Part shown: positions 27,550 through 44,800 of the stretch, piece by piece
How the letters are laid out: each line of letters starts with the position of its first letter
Numbering within the stretch: position 1 is the first letter of the stretch
NCBI RefSeq assembly: GCF_009834535.1
Contig: NC_045717.1
Location: 26,908,001-26,972,000 of the forward strand
Origin: Camelus ferus
Lineage: Eukaryota
Direction: 5' to 3'
DNA: 64,000 nt
The notes under the pieces: generated by a model
What the model saw: the letters and a program-made list of their open reading frames with translations, nothing else
Databases searched by the model: none
Told to the model about the DNA's origin: nothing
Made by a program: the position numbers and the translations under genes

Positions 27550-27912
27550 TTAATTTTTTAAAAATTGAAGGATAGTTGATTTACAATGTTGTGTTAGTTT
27601 CAGGTGTACAGCAAAGTGATTCAGTTATACATACATATATTCTTTTCTATTATAGGTTATTAAAGGACACTGAATGTAGGGGGGGAGGGTATAGCTCAAG
27701 TGGTAGAGCACATGCATGCGTGAGATCCTGGGTTCAATCCCCGGTACCTCCACTGAAAAACCAAATAAATAACTAAACCTAATGACCCCCCTGCAAAAAA
27801 AGGTACTGAACATAGTCCCCTGTGAGGCACAGGAGGTCCTTGTTGTTTATCTACTTCATAAAAAAGTAGCGTGTACCTGTTCATCTCAAACTCCTAATTT
27901 ATCCCTCCCCTC
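27550..27912 (-). mobile_element. LINE-1 3' end (L1MA/laurasiatherian type)
   Basis: TTGAAGGATAGTTGATTTACAATGTTGTGTTAGTTTCAGGTGTACAGCAAAGTGATTCAG. Confidence 0.8.
27679..27802 (+). mobile_element. vic-1-type SINE nested in an L1 3' end
   Basis: A/B boxes; imperfect flanking duplication AAAGGACACTGAATGTA / AAAGGTACTGAACATA. Confidence 0.88.
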
Positions 27913-29818
27913 AAGAAAGGACAATGCTGATCCCCTAAACCCACACCCAGAAATGTGCCCCAGACACTGTCCCGTGAGGCGTGCAGCAGGCCATGTGAGC
28001 TGCTGGGCAGCAGAAGAAAAGACTCTGTGTCTGGGTAAAAAGGACTAGAGAGGGAAAGACATGAAAAATACTCATGGACATCAAAGTGCAGCAAATACGT
28101 CAAGAAGGAAGAACAAAGGACCTGCAGGGGGAGACAGTTCCCTGTCCACCCTTTTCATGCCTTCACCAGTATTCTTGACAACTGCCTAAAAACTCGGAAA
28201 AGAAAGGGAAAATCCTTTTGGGGTGGTAATGATGGCCAGGTGAGGCTGAGGGGACCCAAGTTTACTTGGTGGGGAGAGAGGAACTGTTTGGGGAGGCTGC
28301 CAAGTTGAATGGGCCTGGAAGAGCGCTCAGTCCGGCAGGTGGCTGGACCTTGGAGGTGGGGGCTCTGGGGAGCAGCAACACTCAGGGACGGACAGAGGGT
28401 CCTGGAGGGTGTTAAGAAGGTGAGGACAGGTTCCCTGGAAGTTCCCAAGAACAGGGGCACAGCCCAGGCTGCGCCCTGGAGAGTCAGCACTCCTACTGAA
28501 TGGCTGGCCATTGTGGGCCAGGACCCTGAGACCGGGCATCCCGGGTCCCAGGAGCCTCACCCAAGCACTCTCCCCAGAGGTACCATCTCTCCTCAGTGGT
28601 ATGGCCGTTGATTTCTCTTGCCTCTTTCACGTTTGTCGGCATGAAGTCACACGGTGTGTGCCCTCTTGAATTTTGTCGTAGTTCCTCCTCCTTCCCCTCT
28701 CCTTTTTCCCCCTTGCTCTTTATTTGTTAAAGTAGCTGAGTCGTCTGTCCTGTACAATTTCCACCAGGCTGCATCTGGGCTGCATCCCTGTGGGGTCTCT
28801 TAACGTGATCCAGGTTCCCTACTTTTCTTGCAAAATGAAGGGTGGATTCTAGATTCTAGAGCAGGTTTAATTCTCTATTCTGAACCCTCCCCTGGCTTCC
28901 CATTGCTCTTGGGTCAAAAACCAAGCCTGGCAACCTGTCACCAAAGGGCCGTCAGTCTCATGGGCCTGTCCTCTCCCCCCCCCCCCCCCGCCACGCTCTC
29001 CCGTCACCCTGCTCCGACCACTCTGGATGCCCCGGGGCTTTTGCACTCATTGTTCCTTCTGCCCGGCACACCCTTCCCACTTTTGCAGCCTGACAGTCCC
29101 TTTTCCAGAGGTCTCCTCTTCCTGCCCCCTGGGGGGAAGGTCTATTTAGTCACTGCTGGGTCTGGAGAACACAGCCCCGGCCCCGAGTACAGAGGGCATT
29201 TGTGAAATGAATGAACTCTAAAAGGCTAAGGGGGTTTGGGGCTGACTTTGTCCGGTTTTGAGAGATGAGTAAATTGAGGCGTCCAGCGGGGCTCCAGGGT
29301 TGGCACTTTTACCGAGGACCGGGTCGGGGCTGGTGGAAGGAAAGCCCTGTTAGTGCTCAGTGGGGACAGCGTGGGTCCTTTCGTCCGTCCATGCCTTTGA
29401 AAAAGGACGTGCCCCTCCTTTCTCCCTCCCCAGGCCTCAGTTTCCCCATCTGTCCCGCCAGGGCTGGGTGCCCAGCCCACAGCCCCGCCTGGGCGCAGAG
29501 ACACTCGCGACCTTCGGTCTCCGTTTCCCCGGGGCTACAGTCCGGGTTCAGGCGAGGATAGGGTAGTGGTCCCCTTCCCCCGCCTCAGTGTCCCCAGTCC
29601 ATGCCCCGGGGCCGGGTGTCTCCCGCCCGCCGCCCGGGGTCTGGCCGGGACTTGGCCGCGGCCCCCGCCCCGCCCCGCCCCGCCCCGCCCGTTCAGCCTC
29701 CAGGCCCCGCCCCGGCCCGCCCCCGGGCGCCCGTCACTTCCTGCCCGGCCCCGAGAAGGCCCCGCCGGGCGGCCTGGACAGCGGCGGGAGCGGCGGGGGC
29801 GGCGGCGGCGTCCGAGCT

Positions 29819-37740
<7,922 letters not shown>

Positions 37741-38560
37741 TGGCGGCCCCGCGGTGCCCGCCCGCCGCCCCCCTCACCACGCCCTCTGCTGCCCTCCCCT
37801 GACGCAGCTTGATCGTTTTAGACTCCTCCCTTGGAAACATGCTCTTCCCCTTGGGGCGGCCCCTCCCTGCCCAGACAAAGGCTGGCGGTGGGGGCTGCTT
37901 CGTGCCCTCTGGCCAGACTGCCCACTCTGGGACGCTGTCTGGGGCAGGGACCCCTGGCCTGGTCGCTCCCGTGTCCCTTCCTCGGTCAGTGTCAGATGCT
38001 GAGGGGAGGAGGCAAAGGCTGGGTTTTTATCATTTTTAATGAATTTGATGTGATTTGTTGTAGATTTTTAAATTTCCCTTTTCAGAAGAAAAGCCAAAAA
38101 CTTGCCCCAAGTGATAAATTGGGGGGCTTCATTCCAGTCCCTGCGTGGGGGTCTCTGGGGCCCTGACCCTCACCCCAGGAACATTACGTTTTGCGCGTGT
38201 GTGCGTGTGCATGTGTGTGCCCTGCAACCCAGGACAGAGGCTGTGTCTTGAAGGCTGGTTTTACCCTCTTTGTGGACTGTGTGTTGTCCGCCCCTGGTGC
38301 CCTTTGGTGGCTCTTGGGGCCCCATCTGCTCTACACACCCCCTCCTTCCTACTAGGGGTTTGGGACTTCCAGCCAGAAGCCTCCACCCTCAGACTGTCCT
38401 GTTCCCCTCTCTGTGTCCCCTGCTCCCCAGCCTGGCTCTGGGGTGTCCCTGTGCTGGTCACCCTGGCGTGGCACATGAGAGTGGGGCTGGGAGACTGTCC
38501 CCCTGACCCACCCTGCCCCCGCGTGTGTGGCTTGTTGTGCTTTGGGAAAGTGGAGAGTTC

Positions 38561-38566
38561 AATAAA
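38561..38566 (+). terminator. R3HDM4 poly(A) signal AATAAA
   Basis: Canonical hexamer about 820 nt after the stop, followed by a T-rich tract. Confidence 0.8.
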
Positions 38567-38824
38567 CTTCTGGTGCTCTAATCCCCAGCTCTGGAGTTTT
38601 CCTTTGGGGCAGGGCTGGAGGCGTGAGGGGCATTCACGATGCCCTTGGGTCCTGGTCGTTGAGGGATGACACCCCACATGGAGGCAGGTGTGTGGGGACT
38701 CTGCTGGGAGCATCCCGGCCCTTGGCTCCGCCGCCTGGCTTGTCCCCTCCGGAGTGCAGAGGCTCAAACCCCAACTCCACCACTTCTCAGCTGTGTGACC
38801 TCCAGCAAGTTCATTCGTGTGAGC

Positions 38825-39050
38825 TTTCTGGGTCGCTGGAACAAAGTGCACCACACTGCGGCTTAAAACCACAGGAATTTATTGTCGCGCAGTTCTGGAG
38901 GCCAGAGGTCTGAGGTCAAGGTATCAAGGGAGGGTCCCTCCTGCCTCTTCCAGCTCCTGGAGGCTCCGGCCTTGTTGGCTTGTGGCCGCCTCCCTCCAGC
39001 CAACATCTTCATGTGGCCTCTTCCCTGTGCGTCTGGGCCTGGCTGTGTGT
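38825..39050 (-). mobile_element. MaLR LTR (MLT1-type) fragment
   Basis: GGCTTAAAACCACAGGAATTTATTGTCGCGCAGTTCTGGAGGCCAGAGGTCTGAGGTCAAGGT. Confidence 0.7.
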
Positions 39051-39325
39051 CCTGCAGGACTCCGCAGCCTGGGTCATCTGCTGTTTCTCTCGTGATGGCA
39101 CCGAGGGAACTGCCCTCCCCCGGCCACAGCAGGGGTCTCTGCTGTCCACAGGGCTCTTCACAAGGCTGACCTTGTCCCTGAAGGTTGAAAATTCTGCAGG
39201 AGAGATTTACCTCTATACCTGCTCCGAGTGACCGAGAACCAGCCAAGGAGCCTGCTTCCTTTCACCCGGGCACCGTTTAGAAACCAAGATCTATCTGGGT
39301 GCTGTTCCATTTTAACAGACATTGT

Positions 39326-39457
39326 GTTATTTTTGGCGGGGGGCGGGGTAGTGGAATTTAGATTTATCCATCTTTAGTTTAACGGAGGAGCTGGGGATTG
39401 AACCCCGGACCTAACATGAGAAGCCGCGCTCCCCCGCTGTGCTGCATCCTCCCCTCC
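39326..39457 (-). mobile_element. vic-1-type SINE, diverged
   Basis: Reverse B-box GGATTGAACC; perfect 14-bp TSD TTAACAGACATTGT at 39312..39325 and 39458..39471. Confidence 0.85.
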
Positions 39458-39708
39458 TTAACAGACATTGTAGTTTTCAACACAGATGCCGAATGAGGGA
39501 AATCCAAATGCCCCAGCTTGGAGGCTCCCACGGGTAACGAGGACCCAACTTCTGGTGCCCGGAGCGCCCACAGGCTGCCTGTGCTCCCCTACGCGGACCC
39601 GCAGCCGGGCTCCCAGGCCATCGGGGTTTGCAGACGGGACGGGGTGGCATCCACACGGGCCCTGGATTGGTTCTCGCTTACCAAGCCCAGTTTCTCCATC
39701 CACGGATG

Positions 39709-39844
39709 NNNNNNNNNNNNNNNNNNNNNNNNNNNNNNNNNNNNNNNNNNNNNNNNNNNNNNNNNNNNNNNNNNNNNNNNNNNNNNNNNNNNNNNNNNNN
39801 NNNNNNNNNNNNNNNNNNNNNNNNNNNNNNNNNNNNNNNNNNNN
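39709..39844. other. N gap (136 nt)
   Basis: Read directly. Confidence 1.
39723..39829 (-). ncRNA. RNU6: Inferred U6 snRNA gene (RNU6-9 orthologue) lying inside the N gap; the RNA sequence itself is not visible
   Basis: TATA (TAAATA, 39859..39854), PSE-like TCGCCCTTTGTGAAAAG (39895..39879) and octamer (40057..40064) sit at about -30, -66..-50 and -230 from an inferred +1 near 39829. A 107-nt U6 fits the 136-N gap. As I recall, human RNU6-9 lies head-to-head with MED16. Coordinates are inferred. Confidence 0.7.
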
Positions 39845-39853
39845 TCCGAGGGC

Positions 39854-40120
39854 TATTTAGAGCGCACAAAATGGACTGCTTTTCACAAAGGGCGACCTCG
39901 GTTAAAAAAAAAAAAAAAAAGTTCAACAACTTACCTCTTACTTTATGACATTAGTGCAATAATAGCTTAACCAAGTGCGGGTCATTCACTGAAATTGAGA
40001 AAGTCTTTGTTTTTCACCAAGTATACCTCAGATGTCTGCTGGAACGCCATCAATGTATGCAAATTACCCCGGAAGCGGGGCGGGACCGGAGCCGCTGCCA
40101 TCCCAGAAGTCTCCGGGAAG
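39854..40120 (-). promoter_or_regulatory. Pol III type-3 promoter (TATA + PSE + DSE), overlapping the MED16 promoter
   Basis: TATA, PSE and octamer at canonical spacing; SPH/ZNF143-like TCCCAGAAGTC at 40101..40111; ETS CCGGAAG at 40069..40075. Confidence 0.75.
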
Positions 40121-40233
40121 CGGCCGCGCTGCGCGGGCGACTCGTTGGTGCGGGGAAGATGGCGGCGCCCGAGCCGGAGCGTTAGGGCGCGTGCAGGCCC
40201 CCGCCCGCTCGTCTGGGCGCACCGGCCAGTTCG
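40100..40233 (+). other. MED16: Probable MED16 non-coding exon 1 (boundaries uncertain)
   Basis: CpG island with ETS sites and YY1 motif AAGATGGCGGC (40156..40166); plausible donor CG|GTGGG at 40234, alternative at 40276. Confidence 0.45.
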
Positions 40234-41733
40234 GTGGGCGCTGGGCTGGGGCTCGGGCGGCCTGCCGGCCTCCGGACGGCACCTGGTGCCACGGGGAGCG
40301 CGCAGCGGGAAAGGCGGCGACTCGCGGGCCCGGGGCGGGGCCTGTGGGGTCAGAGGGCGGGCCTGGAGAGCAAGGGGAGCTGGGTACGCGGCCTGAGCGC
40401 TCTGGGTGGGGTCTGTGGGGGTGGGTCGAGGAGGAACCTCGGGGTGAAGCCTGAGGCGCCCCGAGGGTCCGGGGGACCTGGAGCAGGGGGAGTCGGGGCG
40501 GGGCCTGGAACGCGAACGGGGGCGGGGCCTGACGTACCTCCCTGGGGAGGGGCCTGGGCGTTGTGCTGGGGTTGGGGCTTGAGAACTACGGGGGGGGGGC
40601 TTGGGGACCGGAACTGGGGGCCAGGAACTAGGTATTAGGTGAGGGGTCCCTGGGATGGAGCCTGGGGGGTCTCACAGGGCGAATTGGAGGCAGCGCCTGG
40701 AGGACCAGCCGTATGGGGGCAGGGCCTTGGGATTGTTGGGGAGATCCTGAGGTGGAAACGGGAGTTTAGGCTGGGACCGGGGACACAGGGGGCAAACTGG
40801 GAGTGGAGTCTGGAAAGCAGATATAGTAGGGGTAGGGGCCCGGGAGGCTTAGGGGCAGAGCTTAAAGACTGTGGAAGGGACCTTGTGGTCGGGTCTTGAA
40901 GAAGCGTGGCACCCGGGGTCGGTGATTGAGAAAAATGGGTTGATGGTACTTTTCGGCCTCCCTGAGCTTTGGTAACGGTGAAAGGGAATAGCCTTAATCG
41001 ATGCCGGGCACATAGCGCCGAGGAAAGGCCAGTGTTTCCGCTATCACTGTTACCTTTGGAAGTCCCGCACCAAGCTTCTGCCTGCCCCCGCCCTGCCTCC
41101 CTGCCGCCCTGCCTCTGCCAAAGGCAGCCCCACTGGTGCTCTTGGGTATCCGTGGGCTCCTCTTTAAGGACGGACCTTGGGTTGTGCCTCTTCTCACCGC
41201 TTCCTCTGCCCCATCGTTGTTCACCTAGACCACTTGTCTCCCAGCCTCGCCCTCCAGACAGCCAGAGGGGTCTGCTGAAACAGAAACAGGTCTCAGCCCT
41301 TCTGGGTGAACCCCCCAGGCCCTGCACGATCTGCCTCCTCCTCCCCTCCCCACCCTCACTTTACTCCTCTCCTACACTCACTCTGTTCAGCTACACAGCC
41401 TGACCACTCCTTCAGCACCCCAGGCTCCGTCCAGCCTCTGGGCCTTTAGCACTGGCAGTTCCCTCCGCCTGGAATGCTCTTCCTCCAGGCTGCACACCTC
41501 TATCCCTCGCACCTACACTGCGGAGGCCTCCTTGGCCATGAGTGTGTAAAATGCAGCTCCCCCGCCACACACGAGGGCAGGGATTGAGTCCACTTGTTTC
41601 CCTTTGGCGACCCAGCGCCCAGCACTGTACTCGGGGTCCTGCACACCCTGCCTGAACGTCCATGACAAGCCAGCCTTCCCTCCTTCAGGAACTGGTGGTC
41701 GCCCTCCGTGTGTGAGCTTGGCGGGTGGGCACA

Positions 41734-41866
41734 ATGGACCTGGCTTATGTCTGCGAGTGGGAGAAATGGCCCAAGAGCACCCACTGCCCGTCGGTGCCCC
41801 TGGCCTGCGCCTGGTCCTGCCGCAACCTCATCGCCTTCACCACAGACCTCCGCAGCGACGACCAGG
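41734..41866 (+). CDS. MED16: MED16 exon 2 (coding part; exon starts 41689)
   Basis: [11 protein letters not shown]...RSDDQ; donor G|GTGCG. Confidence 0.93.
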
Positions 41867-44800
41867 GTGCGCCCCTCGCCCGGCCCCCATCCCATGTCAT
41901 CAGGCCCCAGCTCCTACAGGTTTCCAGCATCTCCTCATCGGTGGCAGGGGTGATGAGGGGTGAAGGGCCGAGTGTGCTCTCCCATGCCTGGAGCCAGGGG
42001 ACCCTTGGGTCACCCCTGCAGAATGTGACGGGGTGATGGGTGGGTGGTTCCCTACAGCTTGGCCTGAGGCTCATGCCTGAGTTTTCCAGGCTTTTGAAAG
42101 CCTTTGAGGTGCACCAGGCCTGCGCTTGTTAGAGGAAATTGGAAAAACAGAGAAGTTTAGGATGAGGAAAACGAACCAGAGGTTCCCTCCCACGGAGAGA
42201 TGCCCGACATTAGTGTTTCGGGTTTTCTCGTCCTTTCAATCACAGGTGTAGGCACACAGGTGGCAGAGTCTTGGGCCTGCTCAGGGAGGAGACCCAGCCT
42301 GTTCCTGGAAAGCCCTGGGCCGTGGGCGTGTCAGCAGCAGCTCCGCACTCACTGGAGCTGGGGCTTTGCTGGGCTTCTCCCTCGTCACCCCTGGGGTCAC
42401 TGCCGGCTGTGCTGTGGTTGCCCTGTTGACCACCCAATCCCTCGCAGACCTGACCCGCATGATCCACATCCTGGACACGGAGCACCCCTGGGACGTGCAC
42501 TCCATCAACTCTGAGCACAGTGAAGCCATCACCTGCCTCGAGTGGGACCAGTCAGGTGAGGGTGGGGCTGGGGGTCCAGGCGGGGCCGAGGGAGGGGGCA
42601 GTGCTCATCCCTGATCTCCAATCCCTGGGCTGTCTGCTCTGTTTCCTGGTCAGTCCCCAGGGTCCAGAGCTGGGACTCAAACCATTGACCTGTGTCTTTG
42701 CGGCCCCCGCACTTCCCACTCCCCATGTCCAGAGTCCTTTCCAGAATATACCTGTGCCACTCCCCTGCTCCACCTCCCCAGAGCCTTGATGTGCCTAGCG
42801 GTGGGCTTTGTGACGCAGGCTCACGGCTCCTGTCGGCCGATGCTGACGGGCAGATCAAGTGCTGGAGCATGGCAGACCACCTGGCCAACAGCTGGGAGAG
42901 CCACGTGGGCAGCCTGGTGGAGGGGGACCCCATCGTGGCCTTGTCCTGGCTGCACAACGGTGTGAAGCTGGCCCTGCACGTGGAAAAGGTGGGTGTCCCC
43001 CCTGCGTGAGTGGGGGTGGTGGACGGGGGCCCTCACCCTTCCTGCCTACCTGCCAGCCTCCGGGCTGGCTCCTCCCCGCATTGCCAGCACCTTGGTCTCT
43101 CCAGCCGGGGCCCAGTCACGGTGGCCACCAGGCCGTGAACACCTGTTTCCAGCTGGCCATCCATTTAACTAGTGGCTGCTGTTCTCGGAATCCAGCCCAC
43201 CCTTTGATTTAGTAATATCCCAGAATTCTTCCCTGGACCCCGATTCAGCCCAGTGTCTCTACTGAGAGTGGGTGCCACCCAGGTCAGGGACCCTGCGTCC
43301 ATGTCCTAACCTCACACCTCCACACGTCACTTTCCTGGGGGTCACGTGGTGCTGATGGTCGTCACTGTCAGGGTTCACTGTGAAGCCGCCGTCTGGCACA
43401 GGGTGAGGGCCCAGGGCCGCCACAGGTGTTCAGACGGCTCCTCAGCTGAGCGGCCTCCAGAACCAGGAGGCCCTCCTGGATTGATGCCATGGAAAGTGAC
43501 TTTTTCTCCTGTCCCTTCCCCACATCTGCCTGCCCTGAGCTCAGCTAGGCCTGGGGGCTCTTACTGTCCATGCATGGGAGCAGAGCCTGGGCGCCAGCCG
43601 CCTGCCCCAGGATAGGCCCCTGCAGCCCTCCTTTTGTGTGTTTTCTTTTTCTTCCTTTGTTTCTTTCTTTCTTTCTTTCTTTTTTTTTTTTAACAAATTT
43701 TGTTGAGATATGGTTCACATACCGAGTAACTCACTTACCTAAAGTACACAATTCAGTGGGTTTTCAGTATCTTCACAGACTAGTGCAACCGTCACCACAG
43801 GCAGTTTCAGACCATTTTCATCACCTCGAAGAAAGCTGTGTCCCCATTAGCCTCACCCCCCACCCGCTCCAGCCCCTGACCACCGGGAACCCATTCTCTG
43901 TACCCGTGGACTGGCCTGTTCTGGACGTTTCACGTCCATGGAGTCGCACACTGTGTCCTTCTGTGCCTGCTTCTCTCTCTGACCGTCGTGTTCTGAGGGT
44001 CTGTCCATGTGGGAGCAGGGTGTCAGTGCTTGACTTCCTTGTTACCAAATACATTTGTCTTTAAATTATAAAAGACGTATGTGCTGGTTTAAAACGCTCA
44101 GACATGGGACTTTTGAAGCCTGTGGCATTGAGGTCAGGCATTTGGCTCCCGTCTCCCAGGTAGGCACTCTCACCGCTTGTCTGGCTGCCTGGCCTTCTGG
44201 ATCCTTCCCCCGTGGGAAGTGTCTTTTTCAAACGTCTGCTCTGCAGTGAAGTCGTGCACTACATGCGCTCCTTCATTGTAGTAGGGACCTTTCTCTGCAT
44301 CACCACCCATGAGCTCCCGCCTTTTTGTGTCTTTTATCAACTCAAGTGACAGATCTGATGGTCCTTGAGCAGAATTCTGGCCGCTGAGAAGAAGCCTTTT
44401 AAAGCCCCAGCAGCTCAGGCCCCGCCCACCCTCTCCGGGTTCTAGAGAAATCCCACTGCGGGCATCTTGGGGTTGCTGCCCATGTCTCTCCCTGGGGGTC
44501 ATTCAGGGCCTTGGCTTCTTTCTCTCTGACGGGGGGTCAGAGAGGCCCACATCACAGGACGCTCGTGTGGTCAAGTGGCTGAGGCCAAACCTGGACTCAG
44601 GTTCATGGTCTCCTGGCTTCTGCCACATGGTTCTTCTGTGTTCCCAAGAGTGCGGCTTCCAGAAGAGGGTCCTCGGTCTCCCAAGGCCGATCCCTGAGGC
44701 TGAGCGGGTGCCTGGGGAAGGGGCCACACCAGGCTGACCCTCCCTCTGCCCGCAGTCAGGCGCCTCCAGCTTCGGGGAGAAGTTCTCCCGCGTCAAGTTC

